Shown: one piece after another, positions 14,601 through 27,575 of the stretch
Numbering within the stretch: the stretch's first letter is position 1
Layout of the letters: each line of letters starts with the position of its first letter
Source: Tricharina praecox
Lineage: Eukaryota
Length of the DNA stretch: 64,000 nt
Reading direction: 5' to 3'
NCBI RefSeq assembly: GCF_024521635.1
Contig: NW_026250408.1
Location: 682,001-746,000, forward strand
The notes under the pieces: generated by a model
Database searches by the model: none
Seen by the model: only the letters and a program-made list of their open reading frames with translations
Told to the model about the DNA's origin: nothing
Position numbers and translations under genes: made by a program

Positions 14601-17600
14601 CTCCTGGTGGTGGTGACAGCGGTGGTGGTGTGGTTTTGACGTAGTTATCCGAGACCGGGTGCCAACTACCTTGATGCTCTGAAGTCAATCCAGCAGTCGG
14701 GAGTCGGACCGTCACGTGCGGTGCGCGTGAGAGCCCATGATCTGCGGCAAGGTCTCAGTGTCCACTCCGATGTCCAGTGTCCCAGCCAAAAATAGGCACG
14801 GGTAGAGAATTTAGAACGAGAACGAACGACCCTATACTACCATCCAGTACTATGATCACGATGTCTTGTAGTCTTACATAGCACGCGAAGGACGTTTGCA
14901 GGTTGCACGGACGATTGTTTCGTATCCCCCATGGGCCATCTTGCCTCTCTCCTCCTCCTCCTCCTCCTCCTCCTCCTCCTCTTCCTCCTCCTCCTTTTTC
15001 TTCTTTCTCCTCACGTCGGGGAATCGGTGGGAAGGACAGTGGAGTCTGAAGTCTGGACAATGGGCACGGACGAGAGTTTGTTGCTATTATTATTCCACGC
15101 AGGGCTCCTGGTCCATCGAGAATCACGCATCTGTCACTGGTCAGTGGTGGTGGTCGCCCCGCCATCCGCAATTGCAGTTGCAGTTACAATTGCTGCAACG
15201 GTAACGAATGCAAGTATGTACACATGTAGTTACTGACATACATACCGGGCCAGCATCCATCGGCTCCAGCTGATGTTCCTTATTTCTTCTCGGCTAGCTA
15301 CTAGTCGTATCCAGCTCCTGAACATCCGGACCGACCGGGGACATTAGCCATCAATTGCTGGACCCTGCCCAGTGTCCACTATGCGGGGGGAGCCCTACTC
15401 GTCGTTGTCGTGAAGCCTCAAACCCTCCCTCCTGGGCCTCCTCTCGTTTCCTTTCCGTTACGGTATCAATCAATCTATCACATCAATCACTGGCGGCTGG
15501 ATGCGATGCGATGCGGGCGAGCACATGTCAACGTCAACGTCAATGTCAACGTCAATGTCAACGTCAATGTCAAACGTTTGAAGATACAGATTGAAGTTGG
15601 AATGTCTATCGTCATGTCTACCTACTTGAGTACATATCGTACATACTATACAGACGCGATGGAGCGCGTGCTATCCGGGAGACGGGTGTGTTCCGTTCGT
15701 TGATATTGATATCGATATGATTATTATTGTTATTATTGTTATTGTTATTGTTCTTATTTTGGTATTATTATTATTACCTGTCTTTCCTACTATTACCAAC
15801 TAACGTCGAGCAGGTAAGCTGTAACCAAGTACCATAGCACTCCCTCCCTGCATACCCTGTAGGCTGTAGGGCATACGGCAAACATACATACAGTATAATT
15901 GCTAGTAGAGTATATAGACATCCCGGAGTTTCGGAGTTTCGGGCTGGCTGTGAATCGTGGGCGCTCAAAGGAGAACGACATCGGACTGGTCCCGGCCACC
16001 CCCGGGTTCTATGTAGAGGCTGGAGGCTGCAGGCTGGACTCTCCCGCAATGTTAGTTAACGCGGGTATGTGTAATAGCGTCTACGGCGGAAGCTGGCGGG
16101 GGTCCGGGGCTGGATGGTTTCTTCGGCTGTGGCCGAAGATGCTGAAACTTGACGTTGGGCATGCGGTGGAGACTCGATTCCCGACGTCGGCGGCGACATC
16201 TACAGTACTCTAGGTATCCATCCAGGTAACCTACCAAATACCCGGTTGCTCCAGACAGTCAGCACTTGTATCTATAGGAAGTATACATACTCAACATACC
16301 GTACCTGGTCACTGAAGTCAAAGCACCGGAACAATGAGGTAAGTCAGTACCGTAAGTAGCATCTCTCTCTCGTCTTTCAGCTGGTCTCAACCAGTCTCAG
16401 CTGGTCTTGTCCCAGCCTTAACCAAGCGCGTCTATATCTGAACCTCATTGGTTTATCCCCGTCGGATCGTCCCCGGAACCTACGGATATCTAGGAAGGAC
16501 GACCGTTGCGGAGGCCGCACTTCGAACGTGCCCACTTGCCCGCTTGGTATAAAGTAAGTACATGGGCACGGTATCCTCTGGACCCGCCGGCTCGGGACCG
16601 CAAACACCTTATTCCTTGTTTTTTTCTTTTTTTCTTTGGTGGGGCGGGGGGAGGGGGGAGGACTCCATCCGGCTCGTTCTCCGGGCCCTGGCCCTGGTTC
16701 TCACTCGGGGCTTCGGGCCCGAGGGGGGCTCTGGGGGGCTTCTAGAAGCTTGAAGCTTGAAACTTGAAACATGACGCTTGAAGCTTGAAGCCTGACGGGC
16801 AGCGTTCGGCGTTTGAGCTACGGGATTAAGTACAGACTTGGTTACTTGGTTACTTGGTTACTTGGTTATACCCAGCTTCGAACTGTAGTGCTGTGTGGTA
16901 AGTACAGACACACGACATCTTGCTTCTTGCGCCTATGATTCTCGGTCGAATCCTCGGTCGAATCCCCTCCATGAAGCATACCGGTAGGAGACTTCCGGGA
17001 ATATCCCCCCTCCCATCATACCCGGGTGCTTGGGCTCGGAACATGCCGGCCATTCAAGTCAAGTCAACGGCTGGTTCGGCGTGAACCGAACCGAGCTGAA
17101 CTGAACTGGATTGAACCGGCTCGTGCCGGTTGGTGCATGTCCTCTGGACGGCGTGGATATGTTGATTTACTTGCTACTACTACTATTCTCCGATGCTGGT
17201 ATGAGGTATGAGGTATGTACTCTCAATGAGCGGTGAACGTTCGAGCCCGTGATTCGCGATTCACAATTCACGATCCGATGAGTACACACACTCCATGTAC
17301 ACCTCTTCCATACCCGAGTAAGTATCGTAAGTAGACATTCGCGGCAACGCACATCGACCCGCGGCGGCAGCGTCGATGGTCAATGCGTCACGGATGTCAC
17401 GGATATCCATTGTCCATTATCATCCACAGTCCAGTATCCACAGTCCAAGACGCCGATAGCGCCGATGGCGGTGATACCGGCACCTATCTTGACGACAGGC
17501 CGGCATGAATTGGAGTATCGATAGAGTGTCCACCATTCCCCACCCACCCATCCCCACCCAACGCAGTCCGCCACCCCAATTCCACGCCCGCCCGCCACAA

Positions 17601-17875
17601 TGGCTGCAAACATGTCTCAAGACAAGCCCAAGCCCAACTTCCAAGCGAGGATCACCAATGCACTCACCTCCACCACCACCGTCACCACATCCACCACCAC
17701 CACCACATCGTCATCATCATCATCACAGCATCACCACAGCATCATCAACGCAAACAACCATTCGTATGTAGAGCTCGAATCCAAAGTAATTAAGTCCGAT
17801 CACCATGCTAACCATGCTATGCATCCCCATCCCCATCCCCACCCCATCGCATCCCAATGATCCCATCATGACCCC

Positions 17876-17990
17876 AAGCCAAAAAAGCTAAAAAGCCAAA
17901 AAAGCCAAAAAGCCAAAAAAGCCAAAAAGCCAAAAAGCCAAAAAAAGCCAAAAAGGCCAAAAAGCCAAAAAAGCCAAAAAGCCAAAAAAA
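17876..17990. repeat. Degenerate (AAAAA[A]GCC)n microsatellite
   Basis: About 13 tandem 8-9 bp units visible. Confidence 0.9.
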
Positions 17991-18456
17991 ACGCACGCCG
18001 CAGCCCGCTAAAAATAGAAACAACAAAGACAAAAGCAAAGCCGCAAAAAAAAAAAACCGAGCCCCCATACCGTATGTATGTCGAGCCTGACCTCCCACCA
18101 CTGCCTTCCCTCCCTCGCTCCCTCCCTCGCTCCCCAGGCTCCGTATGATCTCGTATCGTAACTGGCTCGTTTCCATCCCCTCCCTGAGTCCCCTCCCTCC
18201 CCTCCCTGAGTCCCCTCCCTCCCCTCCCCTCCATCCATCCACCCATCCACCCATCCTCTCCGGAAATAGCAGCACTTTACTGCTGAACCCGACGGAATGG
18301 GTCGCATCACACCCATGCGGGGCTCCCTTGCAAGTCCAACGTCTCTCTCTCTCTGTCCTCCACCTGCACAAAGTCCCAAAATACACTCACTCACCACACT
18401 AAAATCTGGTGAAAACCCGCTCCTGTTCCCACCCCCCAGTCGGCCACCCCCCCCCT

Positions 18457-18487
<31 letters not shown>

Positions 18488-18747
18488 TCAAAAAACACCG
18501 CACAGTTGAATAAAGGAAAGATGCCCGGAAAGGAAAAAAAAACATAACCCCTTAGGAAAAAAACAGAACACCCCGCTATGTATGTGTAAAAAACCAGTAA
18601 TCCCAACCCGTCCGTTGTAGTGTGAAAATGACCGAATGAAAGGGAAAAGGAAATGTAGTCGGACCCCGGAAGGACAGTATGCGAGTGAGTGTACGAGAGA
18701 AGGTAGGTAAGGGAGAGTCGTGAAAAGAAGATGTTCATGTAGAATAT

Positions 18748-20121
18748 TTACATTTCGCGGTCGTACATCTGAACGTCGCCGGCCATGGTCTCATAAACTC
18801 TAAAGATGTGTCAGCAACTGTTGCGATGTGTGTTTTTTGTGCATGTGCGTGTGCGCGCGCTCGGAAGATCGGAAGAACTCACTTTCCGTAATCTTTGTTG
18901 TCCTGGAGATACTGGAAATATTCGGGAGTCGTCCAGGGCATGGAATTGTCGCACGTTGGTCCGGGAACTGGGCCAGCCGCTCCACTACGGAGCTGCTGTT
19001 GCTGCTGTTGCTGCTGGATATGTGCTTGTTCTTCGGCGTAGCGTTGTAAGAGATATCGCTCTTCGTAGAATCTCGCCTGTTGCTGCTGCTGCTGTTGCGG
19101 CCGCTGATTCGACCATTGAAGTTGCTGCTGCTCCCGGGGTAGGTAATCCAGGGCATCCAACCCCGTCGGTGGAGTGGGCGGGGTGGTGAACGCTGGCGCC
19201 AGCGACTCGACGGAAAGGAGCCCGGGATTGAGGTAGGGAGAAGCTGAAGCAGGAGCTGGCATAGCAGTGACGTCGACCTCTGCGACGCCAGGATAGCCGT
19301 ACTTTGTGGCTTTCCGCTTCTTGTGCGAGGCGAGGCTGTGCTGCTGCTGAAGCTGAAGCTCAGCTCCGGAAGCCCCCCCACCCCAGAACGCGGGAGACAT
19401 ATCGCCGACGGTGCTCTGGGGCGAGGATTGTCGTGAAGCAGGGCTGTTTGGACAGGTCCTCGAATTCGGATCCAACATCTGCGTATCGCTGTCGTAGTTC
19501 GCAATCTCCTCGGTCGAGATCCTATTGTCCACCCTCGCCTCCCGACTGATGATGTAGTTCAGCGCCCGTCCAGATTTCCCGTTCGCCACCTTCTCGGATG
19601 CCCAGTCGACTCCCTCGATCACCGGAAGTTGTCCACCGCGAGCCTCAATCAGTTGCTTGAAGATGATGATGGTGGCCTTCTTGAGAGTGAGATTCTCGCT
19701 CTGGAGGGCTTCGGCGACTCTGGATTGCACTTCCCGTTAGCTGGATGCAAGGAGCCGAGGCCAGGAATGATGAAACCTCGGGAGGAAGGAAAAAAACATA
19801 CGCAGGAGAGATCAGCTTGTGCTGAGGAGGTTTTCGATCGGTGTAGATGCACATAACGTCAGCGGAGACGCATTTGGCGCATTGCTCCTTTCCATCGCAC
19901 TGTGAGACAGTCAGTAACGGGAACCAGGCCATTGTCGGATCGAACGCCGAGTGGTTCTCTCCCCCTCCCCTGGGAAATGACGGGAGACATGCCTTTCCCT
20001 TCTTCAGTCGACACCGATCACAAGCCCTGGCGACCCTCTTACGGGGAGTCTCTTTGGAGTTCTGACCGCTGCTGCTGCCGCCGCTGGTGCTGCCGTCTTT
20101 GGTGATTTTGGGGTGCAACAT
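18748..20121 (-). CDS. Small Zn(II)2Cys6 transcription factor with Q-rich C-terminus, possibly Fcr1-like; introns 19900-19992 (GC-AG), 19720-19801, about 18800-18882
   Basis: Removing intron 1 restores RKRVARACDRCRLKKGK-CDGKEQCAKCVSADVMCIY, a canonical six-Cys cluster. The last exon reads VYETMAGDVQMYDREM*. The start ATG (20121) is inferred. Confidence 0.85.
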
Positions 20122-23100
20122 CGCTGTGAACGGGCCAGTCGGTGGGTTCGGGGAAAACAGCTTCACGGAGGTGTGCGAGGCTTTGTTGGGTTTTCTCGAT
20201 GGCTTCTTTTGCTTTACGCTCGGGAGGACTCAAGATTTATGGGATGCCAAAGCGTCTGGCTGGAGGAGTGGAGGGGCGGTGACTGGCGGGAATGGTCTTC
20301 TCCGTCGAGGTGGTCGACTAATATTTGGAGAAGTTTTGTTTGTTTCGGTGAATCCGGGGGGAAAGGGTGGGTGTGTTTTGTTGTTTCTCTTATTTTCTGT
20401 CCGCGATTGGTATTAAGAAGGATTCTCAAGCATCATCAACAGATCGATTGAGGCCTTACGGCGAAGATGGATGATTATTCTGTTGAAGTCTTTTTATTTA
20501 TTTCAACAGGTGAGATCGGGTGGGCGAGTGTTTAACGAGCGTTTTGTGAAAACGAATGGAACTCAGTAAATGTACTGATGTCGTGACGGTATAACGAAGG
20601 CGGATAGAGGATGGGGGTGAGAAAGAATGGAGGGGATTGCAGATATTTCAATGAGTTTTATTCCGGCCTTGGGCTGGCTGGCCGTCTGGCTGGCTGGCTG
20701 TCTGGCTGTCTGGCTGGCAGCTGCCCGTCCGTGGGCCATCGCGCCACAAGGTCATGCATGACTGCTTGGGTCGACTGTGACGTCGTGACCATGCTATGCT
20801 GCTTTTGGTGGTGCGAGCTCAGTCGGCGTAGCGGGCAAGAAATAAAAATGAAAACGGATGGCATGCTCTCTCGACTGTTGCTGGTAGCCACCTACCAGGC
20901 TACCAGACCTCCGCATCGCACTTTACTCGTACGTACAGAGATACGATACAGCTTGCCTTCCGCCCTTGCGCCTCACACGGTAGGTGCCCACTGCCCAGTG
21001 CCCAGGCCCTTGAAGGGATGGATGGATGGATGTGATGGGCCATGGCATGGCAAGGGCCGACATGGATGGGTGGAGGCATGGCATGGCATGCGTGTATGTA
21101 GGTGTGAAGTATGTAGGCATAGGTAATCCCACGGTTGCGGAGTTGGGCGAATGTTTGGACGTGGCTGTGGACTCTGGCTGCCCGCGTCGTGCATCTCAGC
21201 GTTGCCGAGTTCCAATCGAGGGTCGTCGATAGTCTACTCTAGCTTCCATCGGATCCATCCAGCCTATCGCACCGCAAGCGGTCTATTTCTGGTAGCAGGT
21301 TTGCATTAAGCACGAATGGGAGGACGGTTCGAGGGAAGCTGCCCACCTCCAGGGCCCGGAGTCCGAGACATCCCTGGCCGTGCGCTCTTACTGTTCACGG
21401 GATAATTGCGACGCCGAGTTGACTGTTGCAGGGCCCGGGGGAGGGGGGTGAGAGGACTAAGCTAGTCTGTCGTTCTGGAACGTTGTGTTCTCGCATTCCA
21501 GAGTGTTCCAGCAGCAGCAGGAAGCGGGAGCGGACTTCAGCGCAGGAGATGGACGGCCGGGCGGTCGGACGGGCCAGCGATGTCGTGTTGGCTGCTGCTG
21601 CTCGTTTCTCGATGCGGGGTACGACGGTATGTAGGTGTGTACAGGTATGTAGGCGGGCGGGCAGGCAGGTAGGGAAGAGTGGAGTATTCGAGCGGGTTGG
21701 GTCGTCCCCCGTACCCTGCAGACGGATAAAGCTGCTGGTGCCCGAGCAGGTACGATGCTCTCCTCTCTGGCAGCGGCTCTGGAGCCTCCGCCGTGCCCCA
21801 GCGTACCGTGCGTACCGGAAGAGTAGGAACGCTACCTGGTTACTCGGAAGAGACCCAATGCTCTACTAGAGCAACTACCGGCAACTAAAAGTAAGTAACT
21901 CCTCAAGTAACGACTTCTTACTATTAGTAGCGGCGTGCCTTGAAGGAGACTCAATGCTCTACGGTAGCTACTCTTCTACCACCTAGCAGCATGCCTTAGA
22001 GCAAAGACAACCACATGCAACCCGTATGTGTGTCCAAATAGTTGGCAGTGGCCGCGGATGCCCGTCGATGGCAGAGAGAGTCTCTGGTATGTCGAGCCGG
22101 CTGTTCCGAGTTCGTCGAGAGATCTGTCGTCGCACAATCTCGCGTCCCCGTCCTCCCCCTCCCTCTGATGGTGACCGAGACCCCCTCCCTCCGCCCAATG
22201 ACGCCCTCCCGTTGGCGACCGCCGCTCTGCGAGTCCGGGACTGCGCTTCTCCACGTTACACTGGGCCTACGTATCTGCCATGTGGCACGGATTTTATTAG
22301 ATCTCCTGTGTGGCTGTGTAGGTGTGATGTGTAGGTTGGAGGTATGTACCTGCTTGCTTTCATCATCAGCAGCTGCAGCTGCTGCACTCCTCGGCAATGC
22401 GGTGGTGGTAAGAGCGCTGGTTGGTCGTGCGTGACTGCGGACGGCGGACGGCGAGCACAAGGAGCGCCTGGCCCTGGGATCCTTTGCCCTTTCTTTGACG
22501 ATCATTGGCTGCCGTGCAGCAAACACTCCTTGCCACAAACGGCTGATTGTTTTATTATTAATCATTGGCTGGAAAAGCATGCAATGATCATTGATCACTC
22601 TGGAGTACCTACTGCCGTAGTACGATAGCTGCTTAGCATTCCATGTGAGCGGCGACGGCGATGGCAATGCTGATGAACGCTGCCATGATGATTTGAAGAC
22701 CCACCCGATGTAATAGTAACTAAGCAGTAACTGCGCGCGATCCTACTCCACTCTACAGCCCGCTCCGCTGCTGTCAGCGACGGAGTCAAGTTACCGCACC
22801 GTCATGTATGTATGTCGGTGTAAGTACATATTTACCAATGTACTCTAGAGTCTGCATCCTTCAGGCTTCGAAGCGCTCACCCACTCGCTCACCTGCACAC
22901 AGCGGACCGTCCCATCGCCCCATTCGCTGCATCCGGCCTCGGCGCCGACGGGCTTCGTAGACGAAATGTCGGACTTAACCTGGAGTTTGGACTGTTTCTG
23001 CTGTCGCCGAGTGACCGATCGGAATGACTATGGCCTCAGTACATGCCGACATACTTACGGTACTGAGTACTTCATACTTATTGTACACTACCTACTTGCT

Positions 23101-24876
23101 TGGGCGCATGCGCAGCTACCGTATGGATGTGAGTACCGTATGCACTCTGGGTACGATAGGTGCACGGAAAGTAGATATGCAGCCGGACAGGGTATCGGAT
23201 AGTCGTGAATAGTCGTGAGCAAGTGGGGATCACTCCATACCTGCACACCGTAGGCAAGTACCTGGTTATGTACTTGCTTGGGCGTGCCACTGCATCTCGT
23301 GTGCACCTGTACACCACCGCAAATAACCACTCCCGCCCCGCCCAGCGGAGCGGAGCATTCAATACCGGCAATCAAAGTTCTTACTACGACCGCCGCCGGA
23401 GAAAGATGGAACCGTCCCCCCAATCTGGAATCCCCAATCAAGTACCTACATGTGTGCCTTCTCGAAGCCGCTCGTGCATCGGCAAACAGAGAGAAGCCAC
23501 TCGGGGATATGTACCCAAATACTTGATGCACGGACGACCGGTATGGGCAGTTCGACTTCGACTTCGACATCGACTTTTCCCGCTATCCCCCCGTCTCCCC
23601 ATCCCCCCGGTCCCGGGCTGCTTAGTGGAGAGTGGGGGTTTCGGGTCATCTACACGCCCACAGCGTGAGATACTACAACTTTAACTGATGGCGGCGGATC
23701 GGGATGGCGGATGGTAGGCCGTTCGACTGTCTACCGTCCACTGTCTACTGTCTACGTGCATACTGTCGAGCGCGCCCCGGCGCCTTTTCATGCGCGTTGA
23801 CGTATAGTACCATACATACATACACTCATAAGGGAAAAAAGAAAAAACTCGGTATATGTGTGTAGGCGAAGGGCATACTTACCTCCTACCTGGACGCTGG
23901 TGGCTCAATCCCAAGATCCATGGCCCACAGGCGTGCACTGTGGAGTTCACTTAGTTACTGAAACAACCCTTCCTTCCCGTCGATAGCGAATCTCGATGGC
24001 GAATCGTGATTACAGTGCATCCGCATAGGTAGGATGTAGGCAACTGTCGTGCTGACCTGCAGTGCGGGCAATGACTGAACGAAAGAGAGGAAGGAAGAGA
24101 GGGCTCCCAGCGTTCGCGGACGGACAGCTCCGAACACACAAACAATCACGCGGTATGTCTGTTTATGTAGGCGGTACGGTACTCTATCCTACTCTACCGG
24201 TAGGTCCTACGGTCTACGGCGCGCGTAGATACCGACATGCGGACATGCGGAATACTAAGCGTCGGCGGCGTCGAATGGGGCCCAGAGCCATGTTCCTAAG
24301 TATGGGCTTGCGATCCGGATTCGGGAAGCATGTCACCAGGTAGTTGGCTGCGGATACCCGCTCAATTACATACGAATCGATAAGATGTGAGATTCCCTAC
24401 TCTACTGGGTGCGCGAGTGCTCGCTCGTGACTGTGATGCCATGCACGCTGTTGTTCACCCGTGCCGTATGCATACGGGGCTGCTAGGTATCGATCATTAT
24501 CTCGCCGGTATCTCAAGGCGTGCTGCACCCTTAAGTACATCCGTAAGTAAATACGGTTGGGAGTACGGTTGGGTTTACGCCCTGCCTTGCCTTGTCCGGT
24601 GCGACGGTGCCTTCCGTCAGCGCTCGGCGGCGTGTTGCCTCAGCTTGTGCTCTGGCGCTCTGTCGAAAGTGTCGGAAGTGTCGAAAGTATCGTGCCATCT
24701 TCTACTCTGCTCTACCATCAACTACTACCTACCATATCGGTGCTGCACGAGTAATCCGCAATGATCACCGAGCTACGAAATCGTATCCGAGTGATATCGT
24801 GTGATTGAATATTTCTTTTGTTGCACCTGAATATATATTCTATGAGATCTAGGATATAGGTACAATCCACCACTCT

Positions 24877-27193
24877 CTACACCAGATGCCCCCTGCGCAT
24901 AACATTCCTCCTAACGCGCCACACGGCCTCACCCGCCCTCTTCCTCTTCCCATCACCAGTCGTCAACCACGGCGCGCCGTCTCCAATAGCACCACCGGGC
25001 ATGAGCATCTCCCACACTGGCAACTCGAGACTTCCCCTGACCAGCACGATCTTTATCCCCTCGACCTCCCATTGCTGCATCTCCTCGGCCGCCACAGGCG
25101 TAAGGAGGTGTACTTCCCCCTTCTTCGCATCGATGGCGCGAATGACGGCAAGGCCTTTACACTCGAGCAGAGGCATGCGGCCGGGGAGGATCGGGACCGA
25201 TGCGGTTTCTGTGAGGGCGGGGATCTGCTGGCAGGAGTCGACGAGGACGATGGCGACAATTGTCCCCTCGACCGCAGTGGCGATCTCATCGGAAGCGATT
25301 GCGTCGCCAAGGAGGGCGATGCCTTCTATACCGCGCTCGGCGCCTGTGTAGGGTACCACCCACGGCGCGAGGCCGGTCAATGGCGTGGTGAAATCCCAGT
25401 TCCCAGTGGTCGGCTGGTGGTGGAAGTACGACATCGTGTGCAGCATCCGCAGGTCTCGTGGCGAGAAGCGGGTGTTGGTTGTTTGGGCGGCGGGGACTTC
25501 GTGGAAGACGATTGGAGGGGAGCCCAGGTGCGAAGGCATGATTTCGCGGATGGAGCTGGCGCCGGGGCCGAGGAAGACGAGGTCGCTGAGATTGCTGCAG
25601 GCCAGGATGTCTTGGAGGACTTCGAGGCCGATGCCCTTCGTCCAGCCGCAGGTGTTGATGAGGAGGGGTACGTTGGGGTAGTTTACAGTGTGCGCGGCGA
25701 CTAGGTCTGCGACTGACGCGACGTAGTGAGGTGGGTCTTCGCGGGGAGAATTGTGGCCGATGTTGTGACGCCGGATGTGGGATATGGCGGTGTGGGTGAA
25801 CGGAGGCCCCAGAATTGGTTTGGTGAGGAAATTGAGGGATACGATGCCAGCGGGAGCGAACTCTGGTTGGCCAGGGTCCGCATCAAGGTAGGCGACGGAT
25901 TCTACGTCGGTGGTGGTGAGTATCTTATTAACCAACATCCGCAAGAAGGTGGATTTTCCGACGCCCTTCGGGCCAGCGACCAAAATTATCGGTGGCCCTG
26001 TCATTTCCGTCGAAATGTAGCGTGAGCACGACCTTTCGGTCTTGTCGACTAGTTGTGATATCGGAGCTTTCCAGGACGGTGGAGTCGTTACTGTGGGAAT
26101 TACAGTGGTGCTGCTATATATCGACGTGAAGGAATGTCTGTTGTGTTCTTTGGATGGTCCTTTCCAGATGCCGTTGAAAGTTGGGCATACCCTTCCAACA
26201 TCCAAGATACCCGAGTGGTGATCCGAGACGCATATCTCAATGAAACCATCGCCGCCGTTGGACTTTCTCCGTCTCGAGGCAGCTTCGATCACTGGTAGTG
26301 AATGGGTCATCGGCGCATAGACTGTGTGCACACCAGAATCCTCCGAAAACTTCGCGCCAGAGACCTTGACTGTGCCTTTAATTACGTGGAGCTTATATAT
26401 TCCAACGAGAACGAGATTCTAGGAATGTATTAGAGCCACGCCCAGCGCACGACCAAGAGTGAAAATGGCATACCTCGCCCGGCTGCAGCCGAAAAATCGT
26501 TGACGAGCCGTTGTCAGTATAATTTATATCCGTTGGCACGAAACTCGAGATTTGTGTCGTCCTTGGAACCAGACTAGAAATGCCTTCAAATTAGCCAGCC
26601 GTTTCTGCTGCACGGGGCAATAGGGATACCAGCCTCTCAGGCACAGAGGCAACAGCTTCGTCTTCATCCGTTGCTTCTCCAACACTCATCATCTCGATAT
26701 CTTCGTCGGTAAATGCGCCGGCCATCCTCTTCTCTTCTTGTTCCCTCTTGATTCTGGCCAACGCAGATTCCTCCACCTTGTTCGGAGGGCTATCAACCGG
26801 GGTTTCTTTAACAGTGCCATTCACTGTAGAAACCTCCGCCATAGGAGTGTCCACCAGATCACCCTGGACTTCCTTCACTCGCCGGAGCAATCTCTTCTCA
26901 ATCTCTGCCCGCTGCCGCGCCAACTCTTCGTTTTCCGCCGTAAGGTCTTCATGCCGCTCCTTCTTCGCCGGCCTTTCCGTACTGGCTTCGACCGCAGGAG
27001 AACGAGTAGCAGGAGCCGTGGACGGTGTCGGCGATTGCGCTGCGGTCTGCTGTGTGCGAAGTCGTCGCTGGGCGAGTGCGCTGAGTTTGGGCGCAGCTAA
27101 GATCTTCAGTCGTCAATTGGCCGTAGTTGTCTCGAGAGGGAATGAGGCCTTCTTACGCTTTGCCGTGGCTTCTTTCGTTTCTTTCGTCGGCAT
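24877..27193 (-). CDS. GRC3: Polynucleotide 5'-hydroxyl kinase Grc3/Nol9 (Clp1 family); 3 introns
   Basis: Walker A GPKGVGKSTF, YLDADPGQPEF, PLLINTCGWTKGIG and the C-terminal WRVRRN. The N-terminal exons were modelled by hand. Confidence 0.9.
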
Positions 27194-27575
27194 GGTGGCA
27201 GCTTGTGGATCGAGGACTCTGGAAGAGGGCAAAGTCTGAATTCGAGGCTATGCCTGCAGAGCCGCCAATTTTCCGAGAAGTCACAATTTTTTTGTCACTC
27301 GACAGTTACTCAAAACACTGTGAATTTAACTGCACGCGCACTCCAATCCCTCCATTTTGTCTATGAGTCGCTCTATACATCTCTCTCAGTCCTCCCGATC
27401 GTCTATTTCTTGTTTGTCTGCTCGCTGTTGCCTGTCGCGTCCCGACGCGTCCCAGTCGCGATAAACGCTGCGGCTCTTCTGTGTAACTCGTGCCGCCTAC
27501 ATAGCACAAACTTTTTTTCGCCTTTAGATCGATTTACACCCAAAGCTAATCCCCCACCACTGACACAAAAAAGCC

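Noticed and set aside
24886..25704. Long antisense ORFs over real genes (also 40267-41268 and 44715-45545)
   Set aside because: These are shadow frames of GC-rich coding sequence with no recognisable motifs.
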